Notes: a model not told the origin generated them from the sequence alone. 63,409 nucleotides of DNA, filler included, from Octopus bimaculoides (GCF_001194135.2; 6 parts of 5 records of this genome joined end to end with filler, not necessarily neighbours in it), one strand, 5' to 3'. Counted from the whole stretch's first letter, positions 1 through 12,442 are shown. Program-made: numbers and translations.

Positions 1-514
1 CACCTCTTCCAAATCTGCAAATTCCATAACACCAGCTTTCGTCACCAGAGATGAACTTCGAAAAAAGGCCCGGATCAACTTCCAACTGTTCTTTCAGGTC
101 ACGACACGCATTCAATCGTGACAGCTTTTTGTCTTCCGTGAGCAAGAGAGGCATACATTTTGCTATAACTCTTTTTATTCGCACTTCCTCATTCAAAATT
201 TGTTGGCAGGAGCTCCAGGACACACCAATCATATCAACAAGTTTGTCAATTGTTCTGCGGTGGTCCTCCCTGATCAGTTCGTGAATTTTCATGATGTTTT
301 CATTCGTTCGGGAGGTCGACGGTCGCCCTGAACGAGGTTGGTCTTCAAACAACAAGTGACCATTCCTAAAGCGTGAAAACCACTCGTGAACTTATGTTTT
401 GCTCATGGCAGCATCATTGTAAGCTGTATGAAGCATGACAGCTGTTTCAGTCAGTGTTTTCTCCAGCAGAAAACAGAATTTCATGGAAGAACGCTGTTCC
501 TTCGTTTCAGTCAT
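1..514 (-). pseudogene. Mariner transposase, N-terminal half (HTH to first catalytic D), truncated by the window start
   Basis: Minus-strand translation MTETKEQRSSMKFCFLLEKTLTETAVMLHTAYNDAAMSKT*VHEWFSRFRNG...EDQPRSGRPST...IREDHRRTI...FISGDESWCYG contains typical mariner motifs and one in-frame stop. Confidence 0.9.
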
Positions 515-681
515 CGCTAAAATCGACGAACAGGGGAGAGGCACTGCAAAACAAACACGTACCACGTAGCAGTACGACTACACCAGACGATGCCGGTCGG
601 CAGACTGATGCCTGATGATTGCATCAACTGAATTCTAACAGCGGAAACCCGAACTACAACGGGCTTGTCCCACTGAGAACT

Positions 682-711
682 TTTCCAGTTATTTTTGTGT
701 ACTCCATCGTA
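682..711 (-). mobile_element. Mariner terminal inverted repeat belonging to the 1-514 transposase
   Basis: Reverse complement reads TACGATGGAGTACACAAAAATAACTGGAAA. It starts at TA, about 170 bp upstream of the transposase ATG. Confidence 0.7.
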
Positions 712-713
712 TG

Positions 714-758
<45 letters not shown>

Positions 759-776
759 ATAAATAAATATATATAT

Positions 777-816
<40 letters not shown>

Positions 817-1036
817 TTTGTTTTAAGTTTCTGTTCGTGTTTAATGCTTATCCGGTGTTTGACGACGTCCAAAATGGAGATGAACACCATTCATCCATGT
901 GATCGGCTTGAAAATTTGTTAAGATATTAAGACACATTTCTTAACATGAAACTAATGGTACCTTTAATACACAAGTAAACAGATTTTATCCACCATTGCG
1001 ATTCTGAGCACATATTCTCGTTGTTCGACATTCACG

Positions 1037-1068
<32 letters not shown>

Positions 1069-1080
1069 TGTATGTATGTA

Positions 1081-1135
<55 letters not shown>

Positions 1136-1223
1136 TTACATGTACATGAACGATGACATGCACACATACAACAGAAAAACTGTAAACTATCCATGCAAAA
1201 CTATGGAACAAAAAAACCATATC

Positions 1224-1923
1224 TAATTATACACATATGGAATAAGATTACCTGAATTAATATGCATATGAGAGGATGCTGGAAAATTCCTGGCTATAAA
1301 GGTAGTGCGAAAGTTCCTGGCTATAAAAGTAGTGGTCTCATAAAAACTAAAGGGCCTCTGTAATAAGTGTGTGTATCTGAGAGGGCAATATGTTGTATAA
1401 AGTCATAATTAACTGATCTTCTTCTATTTTCTTTTACCCAAAGCCAGAAACTTTTCAGCACCCCCTCGTACATACAAAGTGAAATTGAGAAAATACTTAC
1501 ATTTATGCACTCATCAACTTCTAGATGTTTCAAATCTCTAAAATTTTCTTGGAAAATTAAAGTAATTTGTCGTATGTATGCCCCATGGAATTGCTTGTTC
1601 CCTAGTGTTCTGACAACTTTAATAAGATCTTTGAAAGAAAAACTTCGAAGAAAACTTTTTCAATTCTAATTTGTAGCAAAGGTTTATTATTTTCTTCATC
1701 ATTCATATGTAAGACAACAAAACCAACAACAACAAAACAAATGTGAAGCTATGTTGTGAAGTCGGTTCATTTATAAGATGGCTGATTTAAACATCTCGAC
1801 AGTAAACTAAATAATCCCTAAGGTATACTCTACCAGTTATTGATTTATTCTAAGGTTCTAATATTTTAAATACAGGTGTGTAGGTAAGAGGAGGAACGGG
1901 TTCATTAAAATATTTAATTGTTA
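1224..1923 (+). repeat. Inverted duplication block A (partner 8403-8893)
   Basis: Reverse complement of 8403-8893 once the MITE is removed; includes about 100 bp of identity (caacaacaacaaaacaaatgtgaagc...ccctaaggt). Confidence 0.9.
1267..1470. mobile_element. Mariner-derived MITE (about 204 bp, TA ends)
   Basis: Left end is TATGAGAGGATGCTGGAAAATTCCTGGCT; the right end reverse-complemented is TACGAGGGGGTGCTGAAAAGTTTCTGGCT. It is absent from the paralogous sequence near 8850. Confidence 0.85.
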
Positions 1924-2026
1924 ATAGGTAATTAATAACTTAAACATTCACAGAATTGAAGCAATTCACCATTTCATTTTCATTGAAAACTTTTTCAGTC
2001 TTTTGAGTAATTTGAATATAACTTTT

Positions 2027-2188
2027 AGGCACAGACCCGGGTGTTTGGCTAAGGAGCTAGTTTGAAACCTCATGGTTTCGGGTTCAGAACCATTGCACAG
2101 CATTATGGAGAAGTATCTTGTAATAGTGCCTTGTGAATGGATTTGCTACTTTGGCAGATGGGAACTAAATAGAAGCCTGTTTCATATA
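2027..2188 (+). mobile_element. Decayed SINE family 1 head
   Basis: Degenerate match to the family-1 head and body (ccttgtgaatggattt...ggaact..agaagcc), followed by a TA/TG microsatellite. Confidence 0.6.
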
Positions 2189-2297
2189 AATGTGTGTGTG
2201 TTTATACATGTATATGTATAAACACACATATACATATATATGTATGTATGTACGTATATATATATCTATATATATTTATATAGATGTATATATGTAC

Positions 2298-2386
<89 letters not shown>

Positions 2387-2387
<1 letters not shown>

Positions 2388-3009
2388 GGCTTCCAGATGT
2401 CTTCGGAATCTCCTACAACTCTTCTGACGGTCTCCTTGTTTTAGTTGGTGAATGCAGCCATAATCTTTGCCTTCAGTTCATCTTTGATGTTACAAGGAGT
2501 TTTGTTAGTCTCCCTCTCAATTGCACCCCACACATAATAATGAAGTGGATTGCAGTCTAGGAAGTTAACGGGCCAGATGTTAGAGGTGATGTGGTTTCAG
2601 GAATTGTCTGACAGTCATGACTGGGTTCTCCTGCTTGTGTGGCATGGTGCAGAGTCTTGTTGCTAGAGATAGGGTCTTCTAGCAGCCACCCTCTTGACCC
2701 AGGGCAGCACTACCTCCTCCACGTCCGTGTTGAGTCTGAGGCCGTATGGGAAGATGAATGTCTGCATAACGTCACCATCACCAGTGATCACTCCAAACAC
2801 CATGATGTTGACTGGATGTTTATTATGTATCTGAATCCTCTATACGGTACTCAGATTGACACCCAAAATTCTGAAATGTTCGTATTGGAGCTTCCGGCGT
2901 GAATGCCAAGCATTACAGTATGTCGTTTCCAAATTCCTGGCAGAATGAAATGCGTCATTGTGTCGTTTTTCTCAGATGCGGTGCCCAACTGACCCTATTA
3001 TGCTGTGTA
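2387..3009 (-). mobile_element. Internally deleted DD37D (maT-type) Tc1/mariner element
   Basis: Minus translation ...[67 protein letters not shown]... has 37 residues between the D of QDSAP and the third catalytic position (D mutated to H). The N-terminus (MTHFILPGIWKRH) is joined directly to the catalytic domain. Confidence 0.85.
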
Positions 3010-3219
3010 GTCGATAAGATCAAATACAAACAATGCGCGTGCGTGAAATAAAAAATGTAAAATTACAATTTACCCATCGCACCATGTATATGTGTGTATG
3101 TGCGCGCATGTGTGTGTGTGAGTGAGTGTGTGTGCGTGTGTGTATGCGTATGAGTGAATGTATGTGCATGTGTGTGTATGTGTGTGTGTGTGTATGTGTG
3201 TGTGTGTGTAAGTTCATAC

Positions 3220-3255
<36 letters not shown>

Positions 3256-3381
3256 TCTTTCCTTTCCTGAGCGTCCAATAATACTATCCATATCACGTCC
3301 TCACTTTGTTGTTTTTTTTTGTTTTTTTGTTATTGTTTTTTTTAACTATATATATATATATACATACACATACATACACAC

Positions 3382-4390
3382 CGCAAAATACTGTGGTTCA
3401 CACAGCCCTTCTCTTTAAGTATTGAAACCCGAGTAGGTAAGACTTTTCTTAGCTTAGAAGACAAACACATCTCTCGTACAAAAAGGTTCGGTGAAATATT
3501 TAAAAGGCACACCCTGAGTGTTTCTTTTAGCCGTGCACCCAATGTAAAATAGATTTTAGTTGCTTGGCCCACACCTAAAACAGCAGTAGGATGCTCGTGT
3601 ATGGGTAACATGACATGTCCACTGATCCGCCACAGTAATACGAAAACCGTCGTATACGAGGCAGCGGTAACAACAGAACCAAATGGTCTATCAAACGTGC
3701 GAAAGTACGTAGGAGCAACTGAAGGCACCTTCAGTATCCGCTATAACAACTAAAAGTCCTCCTTTAACATCCCGGAGAGACATAACACCACAACTCTGGC
3801 CAAGCACCTACGGTCGTTAAAAGAAAAGCCTTTGAGTACAGCATAAAGTGGTGGAGTCAATAGCTGCAGGAAATCCAGATTATGTCCGGTTGAGAAAAGT
3901 GTTATATTAAGGAGCTCACAGCACCTGAAGAGCAGAAGTGAAATTTTCAATCTTTGCCCATATGAAAGGAATACATCCTATAATACCTACTTGCCACATC
4001 ATGAATATAATCACCAATTCCCCAACTTCACTCCCCATCCACCAATACCCGGGAGTCCGGCAAAGAGTTTGACCAAAACATACACTAGCGCATTTACAAT
4101 CACACACACACTAACACGACGGATAGCCACCCAATAGACAATTTTCCATCCTCCCCACCAATATAAGCCCCCGAGAGCAGTCACCATATTTCATGCCGTA
4201 ACGGCTATCTCTGAAAAGCGCAGGGTTACATAATCGGACTGTTACTTAAGACACCTTTGAACTGCTAGTGCGAAACCGATTGGTAAGATCGGCTGTAATA
4301 GATTTATAATACTGTACTCTTCGATTAATATACACACTCTACTGACATACACGAGTGCACTTTTCCTGACTTAGATTTATGGATTCTTAG
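3382..4390 (+). mobile_element. Penelope-like element 3' part: GIY-YIG endonuclease pseudogene plus 3' region
   Basis: RKILWFTQPFS...VGKTFLSL.DKH...CSCMGNMTCPL...VVYEAAV...KYVGATEGTFSIRYNN*KSSF...CRLCPVEK..I..RSEIFNLC matches the PLE linker, Cys motif and GIY-YIG pattern; several stops. Confidence 0.88.
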
Positions 4391-4617
4391 ACGGCTTACA
4401 CACACACACACAATATCTATGTATGTATGTATGTATGTATGTATGTATATGCATGTATGTATGTATGTATGTATGTATGTATACACCTGGCTATGTTTGC
4501 ATATTCTGTATAATACTCAGAACGAACTTCGCACAACTTTCTTGAGCACATTTAAAATTTTCTTGTTTTACGAATATATAAACAGACATCTCTGTACCCT
4601 ACCCGACCAACATACAT

Positions 4618-4689
<72 letters not shown>

Positions 4690-4691
<2 letters not shown>

Positions 4692-4935
4692 CATTGTTTT
4701 ACTAAAGACATGAGTCATTATCTTCTTCGTGTGTTCGCATAACTGTTTTATCGTGAATGAATTGCTGCTAATTTATCTCTTTAACATGCTAAACATTTTC
4801 CTAAACTCAACAGTTTTTAAATCTGTTCCGATAAAACCACATAATATAATTAGTAATACAGCTTAATTATACACACATGCCAGTTATTAGAGATTCCTCT
4901 TAGGTGATGTCGTTAATGAAGACGTTGATATAGGC
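4690..4935 (+). repeat. Inverted duplication block B (partner 7468-7716)
   Basis: Reverse complement of 7468-7716; a core of about 170 bp differs at only about 5 positions. Confidence 0.9.
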
Positions 4936-5553
4936 TTTGCTATAGCGCGATGAAGGGTTCGACTCCAGTGTTGGGCACGGTATCTGCATTTATGTAATGT
5001 CAAATGGATAACTCAGATGCATTAGAATATTATCTCTATATAGATTAATTATTTCTATTGTGGATGTTGGTTAGTCGAATTTATAGACTCCAGTGCCCAG
5101 TTGGTACTTACTTTATCGACGAGGATAGGATAACAGGCAAAATCAACTTCGGTGGAATTTATACTCAAAATACTGCTAAGCATTTTTAGTATGGCGTGAT
5201 AACAATTCTGTTAACTCGCAGGTTTATTATCTCGCTACAATAATAGCCGATATAAATGTTTGTTGGTTGGTTGGTTGGTTGGTTGGTTTGTTGTTTGGTT
5301 GATTTTCCCACTCACACTTTATATCACATTGAGAGATGGTGTGCAGAAGTAAAAAAAGAAATAGAGGTGCGGGATGAATGCACATACTACGCTTGGTGGC
5401 AGGCAGTGATTGAAACAACGCTTCGCGCGCGCGCGCACAATGAGTAAGAATCATTGAGAGCGAGAAGAAAGAGTAGGATAGAATGACAGTAGTTATGGGA
5501 GGAGTTAGACAAATGAGAAATTTGTTGTATGTAATTTATAGGTAATAAATATT

Positions 5554-5766
5554 CTTTTCTTCTCTAGGCACAAAGCCCGAAATTTTGAGGGAGGGAGGGC
5601 AGTCGATTAGATCGATTCCACTACGCAACTGGTACTTAATTTATCGACCCCGAAAGGATGAAAAGCAAAGTCGACCTCGGCGGAATTTGAACTCAGAACA
5701 TAGCGGCAAAGGAAATACCGCTAAGCATTTCGCCCAGCGTGCCAACGTTTCTGCCTGCTCGTCGCC
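5554..5766 (-). mobile_element. SINE family 3, full length, with 18-bp TSD
   Basis: tRNA-like head (ggcgacgagcaggcagaaacgttggcac...gagttcaaattcc) and body gtcgactttgcttttcatcctttcggggtcgataaattaagtacc. TSD ttataggtaat[a/g]aatatt at 5536-5553 and 5767-5784. Confidence 0.9.
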
Positions 5767-7467
5767 TTATAGGTAATGAATATTGTTTTGAAATTTGTAT
5801 TTATTTTACTAATCATATTACGCACCGAGAAATTTGTTAAAAGCTGAATTTTAATTATTTTATATATTAGCTGATATTACTTATGCTGGCAAAAGCGTAT
5901 CTCCAAAATTACCTCCTATCATATGACGGCTAACTCTCTAGTATGTACGTATGCCTGTAAGTATGTATGTATGTATGGATGGATGGATGGTTGGATGGAT
6001 AGATGTGTATAGCTATATGTCTGTTGTATGGGGGATTGTCTGTGAGAGTGCATATATAATTATATAATCTTATATGTGTACATACTCCTTTACTAGTTTC
6101 AGCCTGCAAGTCGTGTTAATGGCGCGCGCGCGAACACACACACACACACACATACACAAGTATGTACGTACATACTTACATACATACATGTATACGTAAA
6201 TGTACTATACACATTCTGGAAACCGATTATTTAAAACATAAATAATGTGATCAACTTCTATCAATATTTCATAGATCCCAAACTCGTCATTTGTTTAATG
6301 CTCTATCAGTCAGTTGTTTTCTTAAAAAGGCTTCGTCTCCAAATAATCCTAATAAGAGGCTTGCAGAGGTTATATATAGATAGATATATTTATACATACA
6401 TACATACATTTATACATACTTACATAAATACATGCACACACACACACACACACACGCATATGGAAATATGTATAATCTTTTATTATTATATGACCGAACG
6501 CCACGCATCCTCTTCCAAGTAAGTTTTATCTTAATAAATAATTCTGATGCGCACTCTATACGATCTTTTTACTCTTTCGTTTTTCTCTCTTTCTCTCTCT
6601 TATTATTTTACCTCCTCTTCTCCCACTATTCTTTCCTATTACTCTGTCACTCTCTCTCCTTCACTCCTCCTCCCTTGCTCACGTGGCTCTTACGTGACCA
6701 TCAGCCATCTTTCTTCTCCTAATTTGTGCTTCTTTCCGTTGTAGCTGGAACAAGGAAGACATGTTCTTGTTTGTCTTCTGTCCACGCTTGATTTACGCGT
6801 TCGCCGCCACAACATCGTTTAGGCTTAGCAGCCCTTCCTGTTTGTTTTCACTATTCNNNNNNNNNNNNNNNNNNNNNNNNNNNNNNNNNNNNNNNNNNNN
6901 NNNNNNNNNNNNNNNNNNNNNNNNNNNNNNNNNNNNNNNNNNNNNNNNNNNNNNNNNNNNNNNNNNNNNNNNNNNNNNNNNNNNNNNNNNNNNNNNNNNN
7001 NNNNNNNNNNNNNNNNNNNNNNNNNNNNNNNNNNNNNNNNNNNNNNNNNNNNNNNNNNNNNNNNNNNNNNNNNNNNNNNNNNNNNNNNNNNNNNNNNNNN
7101 NNNNNNNNNNNNNNNNNNNNNNNNNNNNNNNNNNNNNNNNNNNNNNNNNNNNNNNNNNNNNNNNNNNNNNNNNNNNNNNNNNNNNNNNNNNNNNNNNNNN
7201 NNNNNNNNNNNNNNNNNNNNNNNNNNNNNNNNNNNNNNNNNNNNNNNNNNNNNNNNNNNNNNNNNNNNNNNNNNNNNNNNNNNNNNNNNNNNNNNNNNNN
7301 NNNNNNNNNNNNNNNNNNNNAGAGAGAGAGAGAGATATGTATATAAGTTTCCAAAAGGTTTTTGTCAATCGTACCTGCTCACAAGGTTTTCTCATTCTGA
7401 GGTTGCAACCTCGGAATGAGAACCACATTCATGCAAGGCGAAAATCTAACCCACACGGCTATAACGC

Positions 7468-7716
7468 GCCTGTAACGACGTTTTCGTTAACGACATCATC
7501 TAAGAGGAATCTCTAATTACTGGCATGTGTGCATAATTAAGCTCTATTACTAATTATATTATGTGGTTTTATCGGAACAGATTTAAAATCTGTTGAGTTT
7601 AGGAAAATGTTTAGCATGTTAAAGAGATAAATTAGCAGCAATTCATTCACGATAAAATAGTTTTATAAACACACGAAGAAGATAATGATTCGTGTTTTCT
7701 CCAGTAAAACAATGAG
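7468..7716 (-). repeat. Inverted duplication block B'
   Basis: Reverse complement of 4690-4935. Confidence 0.9.
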
Positions 7717-8402
7717 CTGTGTGTGTGTGAGTGTATAATCTGAGTGTGTGTGAGTGTATAATCTCTGTGTGTACACACACAAACGCCTACAATACACATA
7801 TATCGCCATAGTGTGACACAGAACATACGGTAGCCAATACGGTATTATGGTGTTGTGGTGAATGTAAAGAACATATGTATATAGTAGATTCGTGGATAAT
7901 AGGTACATGCACGTTTTTATTTCTGTTATACTCTTTCTCAAGCATTGATATTTATTTAGTAAGCATTTTCTGGAGGCGGTGATAATTTTAATGATCAACG
8001 AATTTGTGTTGTATGGTATTTTATATGCCTGTATTTTGTGTCACGCGTGTATGCATGCGTGTGCATGTATACATATATGTGTGTGCATGCATATATGTGT
8101 GTACATGTATATATAAATATATATACATATATATGTGTATGTGTGTGTATACAGGTACGTGTGATTGTGAGAGTGACCGCGTGTGTTAGAGCGTAAGAAC
8201 GATGTATGTGTGTGCATTTGTATATACATATTACATGCATATATTCTTTGGAAATATACGTTGCTATAACGTAATACGAAGCATCCAATATATGTATAAA
8301 CGCGTGCGTGAGTCCGCAGGTGTTTTTATGTGCATCTATCTTAAGTTACGTTGTAATGTGACTTGTTTCACTATTGCTAGTGCTTTCGTCATTTATTTTC
8401 TC

Positions 8403-8893
8403 TAACAATTAAATATTTTAATGAACCTGTCCCACCTCTTACCTACACACCTGTATTTAAAACATTAGAACCTTAGAATAAATCAATAAATGGTAGGATA
8501 CACCTTAGGGATTATTTAGTTTACTGTCGAGATGTTTAAATCAGCCATCTTATAAATGAACCGACTTCACAACATAGCTTCACATTTGTTTTGTTGTTGT
8601 TGCTTTTGTTGTCATACAAATATGAAAGATGAAGAAAATAATAAACCTTTGCCACAATTTAGAACTGAAACAATCTTTCTCTAAGTTTTTCACTCAAAGA
8701 TCTTATTAAAGTTGTCAGAACACTAGGGAACAAGCAATTCCATGGGGCATTCATACAACAAATTACTTTAATTTTCCAAGAAAATTTTACAAATCTAAAA
8801 CATCTAGAGGTTGATGAGTATATGAATGTACTCTCTCAATTTCTCTAAGCATGTAGATTAACATAGGTAAATGTAGTTCATATATGTATAATT
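8403..8893 (-). repeat. Inverted duplication block A'
   Basis: Reverse complement of 1224-1923, lacking the MITE. Confidence 0.9.
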
Positions 8894-9018
8894 AAGTGGA
8901 ATTGAACCAGTATGTATCTTAATTACATTGGCGTAATGACTCACCTAGACACAGCAAAATTTGTTTCAAGACACGAATTCACATGAAGAATCTTGCAAAT
9001 CAAATACAAAAATGAAGT

Positions 9019-9040
<22 letters not shown>

Positions 9041-9049
<9 letters not shown>

Positions 9050-9075
9050 AAAATGAGAATGTGTGTCTGTGTGTG

Positions 9076-9106
<31 letters not shown>

Positions 9107-9369
9107 GTGAATCCCTAAAACTCGAGAACTACGCAACCAATTTCATTCAAATTTTACAGATGCCTTACTTAGGGTTCCAGTTGTGTTTTAGTCAAAAAAA
9201 TTTAACTTCTTGCAGAGTTCGAGCCCACAGCAACATAATATCTCCTCCACTATTTAAGTATTACGTGTCAAAAGTGAAACAAAAACACTCATGTCAAATG
9301 CTTTCACTTTAAAAATGAAACTATTCCACTAACTGAAACAATCACATTTCGATACTGTAATGACAGATA
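9041..9369 (+). mobile_element. Non-autonomous Helitron-like element, 5' part (runs into a gap)
   Basis: About 90% identical to 45342-45652 (minus), whose 5' end reads A|TCTATATATATAAAAATGAGAATG followed by (GTCT)n, the usual layout of Helitron-N 5' ends. Confidence 0.65.
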
Positions 9370-11012
9370 NNNNNNNNNNNNNNNNNNNNNNNNNNNNNNN
9401 NNNNNNNNNNNNNNNNNNNNNNNNNNNNNNNNNNNNNNNNNNNNNNNNNNNNNNNNNNNNNNNNNNNNNNNNNNNNNNNNNNNNNNNNNNNNNNNNNNNN
9501 NNNNNNNNNNNNNNNNNNNNNNNNNNNNNNNNNNNNNNNNNNNNNNNNNNNNNNNNNNNNNNNNNNNNNNNNNNNNNNNNNNNNNNNNNNNNNNNNNNNN
9601 NNNNNNNNNNNNNNNNNNNNNNNNNNNNNNNNNNNNNNNNNNNNNNNNNNNNNNNNNNNNNNNNNNNNNNNNNNNNNNNNNNNNNNNNNNNNNNNNNNNN
9701 NNNNNNNNNNNNNNNNNNNNNNNNNNNNNNNNNNNNNNNNNNNNNNNNNNNNNNNNNNNNNNNNNNNNNNNNNNNNNNNNNNNNNNNNNNNNNNNNNNNN
9801 NNNNNNNNNNNNNNNNNNNNNNNNNNNNNNNNNNNNNNNNNNNNNNNNNNNNNNNNNNNNNNNNNNNNNNNNNNNNNNNNNNNNNNNNNNNNNNNNNNNN
9901 NNNNNNNNNNNNNNNNNNNNNNNNNNNNNNNNNNNNNNNNNNNNNNNNNNNNNNNNNNNNNNNNNNNNNNNNNNNNNNNNNNNNNNNNNNNNNNNNNNNN
10001 NNNNNNNNNNNNNNNNNNNNNNNNNNNNNNNNNNNNNNNNNNNNNNNNNNNNNNNNNNNNNNNNNNNNNNNNNNNNNNNNNNNNNNNNNNNNNNNNNNNN
10101 NNNNNNNNNNNNNNNNNNNNNNNNNNNNNNNNNNNNNNNNNNNNNNNNNNNNNNNNNNNNNNNNNNNNNNNNNNNNNNNNNNNNNNNNNNNNNNNNNNNN
10201 NNNNNNNNNNNNNNNNNNNNNNNNNNNNNNNNNNNNNNNNNNNNNNNNNNNNNNNNNNNNNNNNNNNNNNNNNNNNNNNNNNNNNNNNNNNNNNNNNNNN
10301 NNCATACATACATACATACATACATACATACATACATACATGCATACATACATACATACATACATACATACAGAGACAGATCATTTTAGTAAAGGACACG
10401 TATATTTATTTTATATACCTAGTAATCTTATATGGTATTAGTTAACAAAATTAACATTTCTAAATAAAAATATAGTCTGGGATAAAAAAAGATGAGTCTT
10501 TATTTTCTCCATAAATATAAATACCTATATTCTGTATATTCACATTTTACTAGGTGTACATATACAGATATCTTTCTGCATACGCCTTTGTGTATATCTG
10601 GAAGTCCAGGAGAAAGGAGACAAACCAATGCAATGTAGACGATTATTAATCGCTTATAATTAAATTAAATAAATACCCATAAAAGGAGACCAATAAGTGA
10701 ATTAGAAAGTGAAATTTATAAAAAGAAAAGTTACAATTATTAAATTTAAACAGGAAAAAAAGTGGAACTTCTGTTTGCGAGCCATACAACAGTCTCTTTG
10801 CTATGTTTGCTAGGTATCTGATATTAAATTTTATTTATATATTAATAAATTATATTAAATATCATTCTGGGGCCCGTAAGATTGCCTAGAAGTGTTATTG
10901 CGTTATTCCAACATTTCCCACACATTTCTCTCCCCTTGTTATTTACTCACGAGTTGCGTTTTTTGCTTTTAGTTTTTATTTCGCTTTTATATTATTTCTA
11001 TACATATGCATT

Positions 11013-11140
11013 GTGAAGGCGCATGGCTCAGTAGTTAGATCGTCGAGCTTACGATCATGAGGTGGCGAGTTCGAATCCAGGACCGAGCTGCGTGTTCTGT
11101 TCTTGAGCATGACACTTTATTTCACGTTCCTCCAGTTCAC
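11013..11140 (+). mobile_element. SINE family 4 (tRNA head), 3'-truncated
   Basis: A-box tggctcagtag and B-box gagttcgaatcc, then gttcttgagcatgacacttt; related copy at 59770-60074 (minus). Confidence 0.75.
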
Positions 11141-11716
11141 TATTTTCCTTCTGTCTTCTTTTCTTTTTCCAGGTTACATATACAGCAGATGGGTTTATTA
11201 AATTCTGCAGCACACAAGATTTGCAGTTCCTTAACCTTAGATCAAGTGTTGTTGCTGTTTTTGTTGCTGTAGTCGTCGTCGTTATTGATTTGTTGTTGTA
11301 GTTTAGCTCTAGTTCAATATTGTTTAGGTTGCTCAAATGATCAAACGTTCTCCAATAGTCACCATATCATCGTTTCCCAACTAGGATTACCCCGGAAACG
11401 TATGTCCACGTGTCTCTTTACCATTTTATATCGGTGTGTGCGATCTAAGAGAGATTCTATCACTATTTCTAATACATCTATCGGCCACATAGTAGCACTG
11501 TCTTTGACTCGGCTTAGGTATAAGCAATCCATATTCATTCTTCTTTTAGTTTCTTTCCATGTTTAAGAATCTTCATTCGTATCTTTCGCTTTTTTTCTTC
11601 ATTTACACTTGTTTACCGAAAATGGAATATATATCAGTATTATTCTTATTAAAAGGAAATTACTTGCATTTATCATGTCATTAAAACTTGCACAGAACAA
11701 AATACCAGTAAAATAA

Positions 11717-12442
11717 TTAACCACTTTGTTACCATATTTCTTATGAAATAAACTACCTTTATTTCTGTTAGTTTTTAAAATAATAAATTTAGTAAAATGA
11801 GTGTGCCATAGCAAACGTAATTTAACATAAAATGTTGTTGTTGTTGTTGGCACTCCGTCGCTTCCGACGTCGAGGGTTCCAGTTGATCCGATCATCGTAA
11901 CAGCCTGCTCGTGAAATTAACGTGCAAGTGGCTGAGCACTTTACAGACACGTGTACCCTTAGCGTAGTTCTCGGGGATATTTAGCGTGACACAGTGTGAC
12001 AAGGCTGGCCCTTTGAATTACAGGCACAACAGAAACAGGAAGTGAGAGTGAGAGAAAGTTGAGGTGAAAGAGTACAGCAGGGTTCGCCACCATCCCCTGC
12101 CGGAGCCTCGTGGAGCTTTAGGTGTTTTCGTTCAATAAACACTCACAACGCCCGGTCTGGGAATCGAAACTGCGATCCTATGACCGCGAGTCCGCTGCCC
12201 TAACCACTGGGCCGTTGCGCCTCCACTTTGTTACCGTAATTCTGTGGAAATACACTGTCTTTATTTCAAATTATCTCGAAAATAATGAAGGATTTAGCAA
12301 AATAACTTTGTCAATATCAAGCAGGTGTTTGGATCATAATTTAGTATGAAATTTTGACAGGTTTTAATTTAGATCACTGCCAACCAGAGAGTTTGTCATG
12401 CAACCAGAAATAGTCTCGGAAGAATTGGTGTCAAAGTGTTAA
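11717..12442. mobile_element. TTAA-flanked (piggyBac-like) MITE sequence containing a nested SINE
   Basis: Left TTAA-ccactttgttacc, right ggtgtcaaagtg-TTAA (inverted match). The MITE 5' part appears twice (11721 and 12223). Confidence 0.55.
11834..12226 (-). mobile_element. SINE family 2 (tRNA head, (CAA)n tail), full length
   Basis: More than 90% similar to 39061-39443, 40367-40760 and 43327-43664; A-box ggcccagtggttagg, B-box gtttcgattccc. Confidence 0.92.
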
